A stretch of DNA of 37,028 bases from a virus: IMG/VR virus record IMGVR_UViG_3300029114_000023, positions 1 to 37,028 of that record; one strand, given 5' to 3'. The position numbers and the translations under genes are program-made. Below are positions 6,248-15,359 of the stretch, piece after piece; positions within the stretch are counted from its first letter, which is position 1, and each line of letters opens with the position of its first letter. Under the pieces are notes generated by a model that saw only the letters and a list, made by a program, of their open reading frames with translations, was not told the DNA's origin and did no database searches.

Positions 6248-6255
6248 GATTATCG

Positions 6256-6591
6256 TTATGCTGTTTTAAGCCATCTTCTTTTTTCGCACAATTTTTTTCT
6301 AATACGAATAATCTCGTTTAAAAATGTAAAAAATCTCATTCCCATTTTCATAGATTCATCAGTTATCTTACTTCTATCCCGATTATCTAATTCCAAATAT
6401 AATAATGTCGATTCCTTCAATATCTCAAAATTCGGATTGCCTTCATTTAATACAAGCAAATCTCTCTGATGTAAATAAAAAATATTCACCTTTTCCGCCT
6501 TACAATACTTTAAAATGTATAATGGAATATCTTCTTTGGAACAGGACGCAATACCGTATTCTGCATTGATTATTTTTATTGACGCTCCCAT
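6256..6591 (-). CDS. Hypothetical protein (111 aa) in visibly AT-rich DNA
   Basis: ATG 6591 lies 9 nt after GGAGGTGG and 1 nt after the antirepressor stop. Sequence MGASIKIINAEYGIASCSKEDIPLYILKY.. matches no family I recognise. Confidence 0.6.
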   Translation of the reverse strand: MGASIKIINAEYGIASCSKEDIPLYILKYCKAEKVNIFYLHQRDLLVLNEGNPNFEILKESTLLYLELDNRDRSKITDESMKMGMRFFTFLNEIIRIRKKLCEKRRWLKTA

Positions 6592-6592
6592 C

Positions 6593-7411
6593 TTACGCCA
6601 CCTCCTGATACACAACTTTGCATTTATTGATATTACCATTTGATAGCCGATACTCAATCATAGTAGGATAACCGTTCTCTTCAAGCCATTCCTTTGCTTT
6701 TTGTAATACAGAATCCTTGTACTGCACTGTGACACCATCATGCCCATTTCTACTATAAGCAGTTTTTACAATCTCTTCTGTGAAAACATCCAGCTTCTGA
6801 ATGATTGCGCTCATGGCTTTATCATGTGGTCTTCCACTCTCAGAGAAAATACCGAGTTCTTTTGCCATTGTAGTACAATCCCACAACTTAGGTACATCGG
6901 AAAGTACTGGAACTTTAACTGGATAACCATTATCTGAATAAATGCGAACAATCTCTGCTGCTATGTACTTGGAATCTACCCCTGCATCATGAAGAGCACC
7001 TTTGATGTTCTTTACCATTTGATTTACTGATGGAAGTTTTTCCTTCTTGTCTTCTTTCTTCTTTGGCACTTCATAATATCCTGTTTTACGGAGGGTTGGA
7101 AGAACCTCGTCTGTAACCCAGTCTGTAAATTTTTCTGCATCGGGTTTACGACTCTTAAATACCAACTTATATACTCCACTTTCTGTGAGAAAATTCTCAC
7201 CCGCGTTATTCAATTTTCGGAAGTCGGTTAAACCGACATCTGAATTTTTCACCTTGATAACTTGCTTTTTATTCATTTTACTCATGTGGTCTTTGACTGT
7301 GCTCATTGCCATATCTAAACACGCGCCAACGTGATAAGGATTAAATAAAACTTCTCCATTCAGTTCAAACGCTTCTACTTCATGTCCTTCAAAAATCATC
7401 AACTCATTCAT
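6593..7411 (-). CDS. Bro-N domain antirepressor-like protein (272 aa)
   Basis: ATG 7411 follows GAAAGGAG. FEGHEVEAFELNGEVLFNPYHVGACLDM...ESGVYKLVFKSRKPDAEKFTDWVTDEVLPTLRKTGYY matches the Bro-N pattern. Confidence 0.8.
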   Translation of the reverse strand: MNELMIFEGHEVEAFELNGEVLFNPYHVGACLDMAMSTVKDHMSKMNKKQVIKVKNSDVGLTDFRKLNNAGENFLTESGVYKLVFKSRKPDAEKFTDWVTDEVLPTLRKTGYYEVPKKKEDKKEKLPSVNQMVKNIKGALHDAGVDSKYIAAEIVRIYSDNGYPVKVPVLSDVPKLWDCTTMAKELGIFSESGRPHDKAMSAIIQKLDVFTEEIVKTAYSRNGHDGVTVQYKDSVLQKAKEWLEENGYPTMIEYRLSNGNINKCKVVYQEVA

Positions 7412-7529
7412 AATAAAAACTCCTTTCAAATTCGTTCTTGAAAGAAGCCTCATTCTGCATTATAATATTTACAGAAGGAAACTTCTTAGTTGAAGTACTC
7501 GGTTGTCTTGGTAGGATTGCGAGTACTTC

Positions 7530-7712
7530 TTATTTTTTTAGTTCTTCGTCGATTTTTTCATTAAGCCATTCTGATTTCGTCTTTTTCTGTTCAGATAATC
7601 TTTGTTCAAATTTCAACATTTTTTCTTTTTCCACAGCTACGCTAAACGTTTTTTGTTTTTCTCTTCTGGCTTTCATGTAATCGGCTCTACTTTTCTCCGC
7701 GATTATTCTCAC
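7530..7712 (-). CDS. Small ribbon-helix-helix-like (Arc/CopG-like) regulator, 60 aa; start uncertain (GTG 7712 or ATG 7676)
   Basis: KTFSVAVEKE reads as a beta strand. It is followed by two helices, KMLKFEQRLSEQ and TKSEWLNEKIDEEL. The gene sits directly behind a promoter with paired operators and ahead of the antirepressor. Confidence 0.5.
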   Translation of the reverse strand: MRIIAEKSRADYMKARREKQKTFSVAVEKEKMLKFEQRLSEQKKTKSEWLNEKIDEELKK

Positions 7713-7720
7713 CTCTTTTC

Positions 7721-7765
7721 GTTACGCGTTACATGTAATATACCATTGTTACGCGTAAAGTTCAA
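7721..7765 (-). promoter_or_regulatory. Promoter TTGAAC-17-TATATT with two GTTACGCGT(T/A)A operator-like repeats
   Basis: On the - strand the -35 is at 7765-7760 and the -10 at 7742-7737. Repeats at 7721-7731 and 7748-7758 each centre on ACGCGT. One fills the spacer and the other lies just downstream of the -10. Confidence 0.55.
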
Positions 7766-7808
7766 GAGGTTTTTCAAAATTTTTCCATCCTACCTATGGA
7801 ATTAAAAA

Positions 7809-7828
7809 GAGGACGATCACTCGCCCTC
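7809..7828 (-). terminator. Intrinsic terminator overlapping the holin stop codon
   Basis: The - strand reads GAGGGCGA gtga TCGTCCTC, followed by TTTTTAATT. Confidence 0.6.
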
Positions 7829-8287
7829 TGAATCTCCATCTTTATTTACGACCTTGTCTGCAACCTCTAAACCTTTAATCAATATAATCGGCACGTTAAA
7901 TCCAGCTTCTACGAAATTTTCCAAAATCGAGCGAATCTCATTTATAAGCAAGCTGGCCAGTACGAACCATCCAAGCAATGTAGTGATCCCTAAATCTACG
8001 CCGATTGCCTTCCCGATCTCAATAAAGATTGCCGATGCTCCAAACGCAACCATAATCATAAGCCAATACCCCAGCTTCTTAAGGACGCCTTTCCAACCCC
8101 TGACAGAATTTTCTTTGTTGGCCATCTTGCTCTTCATCCATCCGGTTATCCAGTCTGCTACATTAAGCAGCAAAAAAGCAGCGAATAAAATCCAGTGCTC
8201 TCCTAATATGTAGGACAACACCGCCACAATCGCTCCTGCAATCGCATTGTATCCGTCAATAATTGCTTCTGCATAATTCATTTTCAT
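7817..8287 (-). CDS. Holin (phage_holin_4 / LL-H-like, about 156 aa)
   Basis: Several TM helices (AIAGAIVAVLSYILG, ILFAAFLLLNVADWITGW, LGYWLMIMVAFGASAIFI, LLGWFVLASLLINEIRSILEN). It sits at the end of the tail module. The start is ATG 8287 or 8281. Confidence 0.8.
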   Translation of the reverse strand: MKMNYAEAIIDGYNAIAGAIVAVLSYILGEHWILFAAFLLLNVADWITGWMKSKMANKENSVRGWKGVLKKLGYWLMIMVAFGASAIFIEIGKAIGVDLGITTLLGWFVLASLLINEIRSILENFVEAGFNVPIILIKGLEVADKVVNKDGDSEGE

Positions 8288-8308
8288 ATTCCTCACTTTC
8301 CTTTCTCG

Positions 8309-9070
8309 TTATGCAACTTCTTTCCAGAGACTCTCGGATCCAACTGCACCCGGTTCCCACACATTGCTGTCTACAAGAGACTCCCACGTTTTCCCTTTAT
8401 GTGTTACCCTATCACCTTTTTTGTATGGGTTTGTGCTGTTTGGCTGCTCCCACGGCAATACTTTTCCGGTCGGATCTGTAAGCACCTTAGCATATAAACT
8501 TGAGGCGGTGTCCGGCGCCCAGTCCGCTTGAGATGTATGGTTTTGGAGTACCTTATATAGCGCATCTTGGTAAGTAATATACTTTCCAGTCTTGTAGGCT
8601 ACTCCATCGCCGCTCCATAAATCGTACAGATCTGCTACCTTAAGAGCCTGCTCATCATCTGTAATTTTCTCTGCAGATATTTTAGCCATCGCAAAGACAG
8701 ACGCATACGTTCCCGGTGCTCCACCGTTGCCACCGTTTTCCTTCAGTGCTTCTATGTCCTGCTTCGCTGTTTCCAACTTAATCCCCATGTCATCCAATCG
8801 CTCCTCTGTTGACAGACCGGCTTTATTATTTACAACTCCATAAATTCCACCCGGATATATCTCAGTATGATCGTATCCCGTGTAATTTTCCAAGGTATCT
8901 ATGATCTGCCCACGTTCTGTGACGTTCATCACCTTTGTTTTTGTTGCATCCTCAAAGATTTCTTTCAGCTTTTCCGGCGCAATTCCGATTGTCAAGAATC
9001 GCACCGCACCACCGATTTTTTCATATGACTGTATCGGCATATCAGTTGCATCATTAAAAATAAGTTTCAT
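8309..9070 (-). CDS. Tail-fibre-associated protein with two C-terminal CBM5/12-like carbohydrate-binding repeats (253 aa)
   Basis: DLWSGDGVAYKTGKYITYQDALYKVLQNHTSQADWAPD and NPYKKGDRVTHKGKTWESLVDSNVWEPGAVGSESLWKEV fit the W..Y..GD.V.y.Gk.y......W.P pattern. Confidence 0.6.
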   Translation of the reverse strand: MKLIFNDATDMPIQSYEKIGGAVRFLTIGIAPEKLKEIFEDATKTKVMNVTERGQIIDTLENYTGYDHTEIYPGGIYGVVNNKAGLSTEERLDDMGIKLETAKQDIEALKENGGNGGAPGTYASVFAMAKISAEKITDDEQALKVADLYDLWSGDGVAYKTGKYITYQDALYKVLQNHTSQADWAPDTASSLYAKVLTDPTGKVLPWEQPNSTNPYKKGDRVTHKGKTWESLVDSNVWEPGAVGSESLWKEVA

Positions 9071-9169
9071 GTTATCATTCCTTTCTAAAAGATCTGTTTT
9101 CTGACTCCGATTGGAATACGCAATAGGAAAGATGCGTTACAATTAAATACACCAAAAAGTAATTAATTA

Positions 9170-10036
9170 TCAAGCACACTCCCACTCAGCGTCGATAAAA
9201 AGGTAATTATTTGTAGCTTTTGGGATGCAGAAAAACAGATTGCCGTTTGCTTTTGCTAAAGAGGTACAGGCAACTGGATTTTTATACGCTCCATCTGATG
9301 CAGTTACATTGACAGCAGTATCAATTAACGGTCGGTACTGTGACGGTATCGTAAAAGCATTGTTGTACACATTATTTGCAACAATTATAGAGGTTGTGTA
9401 GATTTCCATATTCAGATGTATTGCGTTACCAATCTTGTAAGAGTTGTTTGCTATTACTTTCCAAATCCCAGTGTTCAATCCGAGATCAGTCGGTGTGAGC
9501 GTCTTTTTATCGTGATACAACTGTAACTCCGACAAATCTTTATTTATCGTAGGGATTGATGGCACAACCTTTAACATCTTCTTTACATCTGTTACATTAA
9601 TCCCGCTCAAGTGCACTTCAAACACCGGACAATCGTCAACGAGATCCCCCTCCTGTAAATTTCCTTGCGTATATGTCGGCACTGACGGGGATCCTGATGT
9701 CGGATTTCCCATAATTACAATCCACTCATTTTTCTCAATCCCGGTCTCATTGTTTTTGGTATACCTGTTCACAACGAGATCAATTCGCTTCATTCCCTGT
9801 GATCCATTTCTGATTGTAACTGTGTCGTATGTACCTAAATCCACCGTAGATAAATTACCGTGGTGACTCATAATTCCGCTTCGGATTTTGAGGCTGTTGT
9901 TCGATACAAGTTCCGGCTCTAAGAGATCCCCGCTTGTCAAAATATAACTTTCCTGCCCCACAGTGCCCTCCACGAACTGTCGAAACTGCTGCGCGGTAAC
10001 ATGTGGTGTTCCTGCTTTTCCTGTCATTATTTTCAT
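9170..10036 (-). CDS. Tail fibre / receptor-binding candidate (288 aa)
   Basis: It follows the Tal-like gene with an ATGA overlap. No family is recognised, so the call rests on position. Confidence 0.5.
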   Translation of the reverse strand: MKIMTGKAGTPHVTAQQFRQFVEGTVGQESYILTSGDLLEPELVSNNSLKIRSGIMSHHGNLSTVDLGTYDTVTIRNGSQGMKRIDLVVNRYTKNNETGIEKNEWIVIMGNPTSGSPSVPTYTQGNLQEGDLVDDCPVFEVHLSGINVTDVKKMLKVVPSIPTINKDLSELQLYHDKKTLTPTDLGLNTGIWKVIANNSYKIGNAIHLNMEIYTTSIIVANNVYNNAFTIPSQYRPLIDTAVNVTASDGAYKNPVACTSLAKANGNLFFCIPKATNNYLFIDAEWECA

Positions 10037-11022
10037 TCTTCGCCGTCTCCTTCCAATTTATATGTTTTTGACTCAACGTCGTTTATAATCTCGTAAACGA
10101 TATTTTCCACCGGTTTCGCCATATATAATCCTGTCAGATAATCCCTGCCGCCTACAATATCACCGATACCCACATCTATCCCGAGTTTTGCGACATCCAT
10201 TTTGAACGTCTTCTTCCCTGCCAAGGATCGAAGCCGATCTTCTGCGGCGGACATAAGCTCATCCGTTTCTGTCGAAGTATTTTCATAAACTTCTGCAATC
10301 TCCTGGAGTCCGGTGTAATGCTTCTTCGTCCCGATCTCACCATTCTCCTGTACATACAGATGCAGGATATTTCGGTCCTGTAATTCTCCTTTTCCTGTCA
10401 CGATCAGGTGATTCACGCCATCGCGCTTATCATCCATCGTATAGTTAAGCTTGCAGTCTTTGGACAGCTCGACTCGGTTCGAGTAATCCACGATCGGAAC
10501 TGCTTCAATATAGAGATATCCCAGCTCGTTCTGTTCCCGGCGGAATGATAATTGCAACCGGTACCCTTTGCTTTTCAACATCTTCACAATACCATCGTAT
10601 AAGGTGCAGTATCGATCAAACTGATAATTGCTGACAGTCACCCCGGTATCTTCCTGTGACACAACAAAGAGCCCGTCAAATTCGGGCTCTATCAGTTCTT
10701 TCATGACTGTATGCAGTTCGCCGGATACGGTCTTATAGTCTGATCCGACAGGTGGCTCTATGATCTTCTTTGCGAGACGTCCCCGCCAAGACAAACCTTT
10801 CGCCTCCACGTAGTCTAGCGTGGTATCTGTCAGGATCTCGCCGATGATCCCGCCGTATTCAGTACCCATAATGTAGATAAGACTGGAAAATGTAAGTTCC
10901 TCACGCCAGTTACTCCGGGCAATCTGTACAGAAAATGTCCTGTCGCCATTAAGATCTACTGTTATGTTGGAATCTTTTATCACACCAAGTTCCCGCAACT
11001 CCTGATCAGCCAGTATTACCAT
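10033..11022 (-). CDS. Tail-associated (Tal / baseplate hub-like) protein (329 aa)
   Basis: It is the gene after Dit and overlaps both neighbours. The call rests on position and size. Confidence 0.6.
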   Translation of the reverse strand: MVILADQELRELGVIKDSNITVDLNGDRTFSVQIARSNWREELTFSSLIYIMGTEYGGIIGEILTDTTLDYVEAKGLSWRGRLAKKIIEPPVGSDYKTVSGELHTVMKELIEPEFDGLFVVSQEDTGVTVSNYQFDRYCTLYDGIVKMLKSKGYRLQLSFRREQNELGYLYIEAVPIVDYSNRVELSKDCKLNYTMDDKRDGVNHLIVTGKGELQDRNILHLYVQENGEIGTKKHYTGLQEIAEVYENTSTETDELMSAAEDRLRSLAGKKTFKMDVAKLGIDVGIGDIVGGRDYLTGLYMAKPVENIVYEIINDVESKTYKLEGDGEE

Positions 11023-11804
11023 TTTGCTTCCCTCCTCTCCAAGAACAGAGTAAGATCAAATCCGAATTCCCCCGACCAGTTGATCTTCAGTAAACCAGAC
11101 GGAAGTTGTTCAAAAATTGATTTTCCCAAAGCTCGATCATGAAACAGGTTTTGAACTGTTCCATTCACGAGATATTTCTGCACAGTATAATCGCGGCTAT
11201 CGATAATCATATACTCTTCCTTTTCGAGCGTCACAAAAACTTCAATAATTTGCTCATTAATTAAGATACGTGGATTCAAACACGGACCATACACTATCAT
11301 CTGATAATCGTTTGATCCGATATGATCAACTTCCCATACTGCAGTTCCTTTTCGCGCGTCCGTAAAATCAAAAAGAAAATTAAACGGAAAATTCAAGCCT
11401 TCTAAAGCACTGGCTTCTGTCTGCGGATAAAATGACCTGCTTTCCACCATCACCCATGATAACTTTTCTGCCGTAAATGACAGTTCGGTTTCGATTACAG
11501 TAAATGACTTCCAAGTGACCTTCTTCGACGCTTTGATCCTGCATGGGAGATATGTATCATTCACATACAGCTTTCCAAATTTTCCAGCTTCGGCATCCGC
11601 ACCAAGAACACTATATAACTGCTCCATATTTTGGGATACATCCTCCTCATTCTTCCCAAAAACATCAAGCTGCACTGTCCTGATAAATCCCCCGACATCA
11701 TCCTCCCATTCTGCGTCAAACCAATCAGCCTCTGCGGTAAGAAATGGATAAGACAGCAGATTCAGTATTTCTCCTTTAGAATTTTCATAGTATGCTTTTA
11801 TCAT
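11016..11804 (-). CDS. Distal tail protein (Dit-like, 262 aa)
   Basis: It lies immediately downstream of the tape measure gene (ATGA overlap). Size is typical of siphovirus Dit. Confidence 0.7.
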   Translation of the reverse strand: MIKAYYENSKGEILNLLSYPFLTAEADWFDAEWEDDVGGFIRTVQLDVFGKNEEDVSQNMEQLYSVLGADAEAGKFGKLYVNDTYLPCRIKASKKVTWKSFTVIETELSFTAEKLSWVMVESRSFYPQTEASALEGLNFPFNFLFDFTDARKGTAVWEVDHIGSNDYQMIVYGPCLNPRILINEQIIEVFVTLEKEEYMIIDSRDYTVQKYLVNGTVQNLFHDRALGKSIFEQLPSGLLKINWSGEFGFDLTLFLERREAKW

Positions 11805-14800
11805 ATCCGTGGTATCGCTCCTTTCGGCAGTGACTTGTCGATCCTCTCTGTTCCCAAATAAATTGGCGCAGGCTTTTGTTTCTGCACTACTGCTGCAGTA
11901 TATTTCCCAACCGCTTTTGCAAGCCGATTTATTTCTGTATCGGATAAGTGCAGCATCATTTCCGCCTGGTGTTTATTTAAGATCATACTGTTTGTTTCAA
12001 TTCCAAAGGATCTTGTTACCCTCGCAGCATTCAACGCCATCGTTTCTCTCATCCGATCTGTCACACTGGACATATCAAGCGATTGCAGCGCTACATTTGC
12101 AAGCTCCTTCGATGCATTTCCTACACGCTTTTTCTCACCGGCAATTCCAAGCTCAAAACCCTGCCCGAAATACTTGCCGAGCTTCATCGTTTCTTTTGAA
12201 GGGGAATTGGAGTCGATCGTTGTTTTTGCAGACTCTAACGCTTGTGCCGCCAAATTTGCGGCTGCCACAACCCCCTGACCGACCCACGCTTGGATTCCGG
12301 ACACAAATCCTGAACCAAACCCGTATCCTGCATCATATCCTGTCTTTGACCTTGCCCCTGAATCTGCGCTGTCGTTGATTGTTCTACCTGCCGTCTTTGC
12401 GCGATCCGACTGGCTCTCCATTCCTTCCGCATATTTTGACGCCGAATCCTTACCGGTTGACTTAAGTGTTCCATCCTCGCTTTCGATTGCCGCGATCATC
12501 GCCTGCATTCCGCTTTTCGCTTCCTCGCTTAAGTTCCCTTCAAGATCTGCATTTTTCATCGCGGTAAGCAATTTCTGTGCGCCATCTGCACCGACACTTT
12601 CAAGCAACGATTTCATATTTTCGGAAGATGATCCGATTGTATTAAGTGCAACTCCCATCGCATCCGCAGTACTATCAATCGTAGACTGCTGCACCTCTGC
12701 AAGCCCTTGCTCCTGCGCCGTAAGGATCGACAATAAAGAATCCCCAGTTGTCTGCGCCTGTTCAAGAGCTGCTTTTGACCCGGAATCCAAAGTCGTATCC
12801 AGTCCGCTTTGTATTTCCGCCAATGCGCTGTTAATTTCCTCTGTACTGCCACTCATAACAGCCTCTGTCAGTTTGTTGTAATCAGCAATCACTTTCTGAT
12901 TATCTTTCACAGCCGCTTGATTTACATCGAAAGCCGCTTTTTGTTCTTTCAGCTTATTATTGACGCCCTGCAATTCATCTTTGATTTCAGCGTACCTGCT
13001 TGCATCCGCATAGTTTGTCGATTTCGCTAATTCTGCCGCCTCTGCTTCCAGTGCAAGCTTCTCATCTTGGAGTCGGTTTACATCATTGTAGGACTGCGCC
13101 AGTTTTGCTACATTTTCAGCCTGCTCTTGGATTGCCTGTGCATATTCGCTTTCCATCGAATCCATAACCGCCTGTGCTTTTTTCGCGGCAATCAGATCAT
13201 GGATTGATCCCGTAAGCTGCTGATAATTACCGATCACCCCATCTGTCAGGGCAATCTCCATTCCAAGCGCGCTCGACAGTTCACCGGCGATATAATTCGC
13301 CCTTGCCTCATAACCGTCCTTTACACGCCCATTTTCATCGGTGATTTTTGTCAGCTCGTTCCATAAGGACTCAGCTTGATCTATTTCCACTGTGCTGGCG
13401 TTAATCGTTTTCTGACGTGCTGCTGCCTCTTCCTCAATGTTTTTAATTGCTTCTTTAGACGCTTCGATATTTTCTTTTTGATTCTCCGTTAGTTCTCCTG
13501 TGGCAGATGCTGCGCGCTTCTGAGTAAGTGCATACGCGCCGATTCCAGCAACAAGAGCCCCGATTGCAGTAACGAGCAGTCCGATCGGGTTTGCCTTCAT
13601 GACGGCGTTCCAAGCAGCCTGCGCCGCCGTCGCAAGTTTAATCTTTCCGGTGCACACGCCAACAATCATCTCTTTTGCTGTCAGTGCTCCGGAGGCTGCA
13701 AGAACTTGAAGAGCATTCGCTTTTTCTGCCGCGGACAACATTTTCGCTGTCGCTGCCAAAGTTTTGGCTGCTTTATTTGCACTTGTCAATACCTTATAGC
13801 CTTTAAATGCTACAAAAGCTGTTGTTGCAGATGCGGCAAGCAAATCCAAGTGATCTCCGGCAAAATCTAAGGTTTTCGTAAGCGGAGGAAGCGCAGCATC
13901 TGACAGTTTCCCAACAACATCGATTACATTTTCTAACGTATTTACAGCCGTTTTCCCGGCTTTTTTTAACCCGCCTGATTCCAACGATTCGGAAAGTGCA
14001 TCAATCGCCTTTTCCGCCGGTTTTCGTAAACTGTTCGGAAGCAACTCCGCCAAACCACTGGCCAGCGCGTCTGCTACATCCCCGGCAGCTCCAAGCAATT
14101 TTCCTTTATTGTTTACGATACCGGATGCAAACGACTCGATAAAGCTAACCGCCGCATCGATCATTTCCGGGGCATGTGATGCCGCTGCTACTGCAAGATC
14201 GGCAAATTCATTTCCCGCCACATTCACAGCCGCTGCAATTCCTCCGTCTGTCAATGCGTCTGTAATGTTATTTACACTTTCTGTTGCACTTTGTGCTGCC
14301 TCTTTTAAGCCTCCTGACACCTTTTCGTAGAAGACGATCGCAAGACTTTCCGCTGATCCGCCAAGCTGCTCCACCGCTCCTTTTAAGTTATCCTGCATCG
14401 TTTCAGCCGCAGCTTTCGCTGATCCGTCACAGGTTCGATAAGACGCTGTCAGTTCATTGATCTTACCTTCGCCCTCATTGATCAACGCCAACATTCCCGA
14501 AAGCGATTCCTGCCCATAAAGAGTAACAAGGTAATTATTCTTCTGCTCGTCCGTCATTCCGGCCATTGCATTCCGAAGCATTCCAACCTGATCAGACAAG
14601 GATTTCATTTTCCCATCTGCATCATAGAAAGAAATACCTAGGTCATCCATAGCGTTCTGCATATCATCTGTCGGCTTAGACAATCTTGAAATTGCTCCGC
14701 GGAGCGTTGTTCCGGCTTGACTTCCCTGTATGCCGGCATTCGCCATAATACCGATTGCCGCTGCTGTCTCCTCAAAAGATAGTCCTGCCGACCGTGCAAG

Positions 14801-15355
14801 AGGCGCTACATACTTCATCGCCTCTCCGGTTTCTGCCACAGAGGAATTTGTCCGGTTCGCATTTTCCGCAAGGACGTCTGCCACGTGCCCCGCTTCTGAA
14901 GCCTCCATGCCGAAACCTCGCAGGGCGGACGTTGCAATGTCAGAACTACTTGCCAAGTCCTCTCCTGATGCCGCTGCCAAGTCAAGAAGCCCCGGCATTG
15001 CCTCCATTGTTTCCGTTGTCGTAAATCCTGCCGCCGCAAGGTTTTCCATCCCTTCTGCCGCCTGTGATGCCGAAAACGATGTTTCTGCGCCAAGCTCGAT
15101 CGCTTGTGCCTTTAACTTTTCAAATTCTTCTCCTGTAGCACCGGAAATTGCTTTTACACGCGACATCTGCGACTCAAAATCAGCGCCGGTTTTGGCTGCC
15201 GCAGTCGCGACTCCGGCAAGTGCCGTCGCTGTTCCTGTTATTGCGGCGGCTGCTACTTTTAATCCTTTAGTTGCGACTTTCTCAAGATTTGTGAGTCCTT
15301 TTTCTATCCCTGACGAATCCAAATCGGTTTCGATTACAACTTTTCCGTCTGCCAT
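11801..15355 (-). CDS. Tail tape measure protein (1184 aa)
   Basis: The longest ORF. It has an Ala/Gly-rich N-terminal TMP region (SFSASQAAEGMENLAAAGF, ANAGIQGSQAGTTLR), a hydrophobic segment (IGLLVTAIGALVAGIGAYAL) and long coiled coils. Confidence 0.9.
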   Translation of the reverse strand: MADGKVVIETDLDSSGIEKGLTNLEKVATKGLKVAAAAITGTATALAGVATAAAKTGADFESQMSRVKAISGATGEEFEKLKAQAIELGAETSFSASQAAEGMENLAAAGFTTTETMEAMPGLLDLAAASGEDLASSSDIATSALRGFGMEASEAGHVADVLAENANRTNSSVAETGEAMKYVAPLARSAGLSFEETAAAIGIMANAGIQGSQAGTTLRGAISRLSKPTDDMQNAMDDLGISFYDADGKMKSLSDQVGMLRNAMAGMTDEQKNNYLVTLYGQESLSGMLALINEGEGKINELTASYRTCDGSAKAAAETMQDNLKGAVEQLGGSAESLAIVFYEKVSGGLKEAAQSATESVNNITDALTDGGIAAAVNVAGNEFADLAVAAASHAPEMIDAAVSFIESFASGIVNNKGKLLGAAGDVADALASGLAELLPNSLRKPAEKAIDALSESLESGGLKKAGKTAVNTLENVIDVVGKLSDAALPPLTKTLDFAGDHLDLLAASATTAFVAFKGYKVLTSANKAAKTLAATAKMLSAAEKANALQVLAASGALTAKEMIVGVCTGKIKLATAAQAAWNAVMKANPIGLLVTAIGALVAGIGAYALTQKRAASATGELTENQKENIEASKEAIKNIEEEAAARQKTINASTVEIDQAESLWNELTKITDENGRVKDGYEARANYIAGELSSALGMEIALTDGVIGNYQQLTGSIHDLIAAKKAQAVMDSMESEYAQAIQEQAENVAKLAQSYNDVNRLQDEKLALEAEAAELAKSTNYADASRYAEIKDELQGVNNKLKEQKAAFDVNQAAVKDNQKVIADYNKLTEAVMSGSTEEINSALAEIQSGLDTTLDSGSKAALEQAQTTGDSLLSILTAQEQGLAEVQQSTIDSTADAMGVALNTIGSSSENMKSLLESVGADGAQKLLTAMKNADLEGNLSEEAKSGMQAMIAAIESEDGTLKSTGKDSASKYAEGMESQSDRAKTAGRTINDSADSGARSKTGYDAGYGFGSGFVSGIQAWVGQGVVAAANLAAQALESAKTTIDSNSPSKETMKLGKYFGQGFELGIAGEKKRVGNASKELANVALQSLDMSSVTDRMRETMALNAARVTRSFGIETNSMILNKHQAEMMLHLSDTEINRLAKAVGKYTAAVVQKQKPAPIYLGTERIDKSLPKGAIPRI

Positions 15356-15359
15356 TTCA

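Noticed and set aside
8309-10036. Diversity-generating retroelement acting on the tail fibre / carbohydrate-binding genes
   Set aside because: There is no reverse transcriptase gene anywhere in the genome. I could not see a template/variable repeat pair near these genes.
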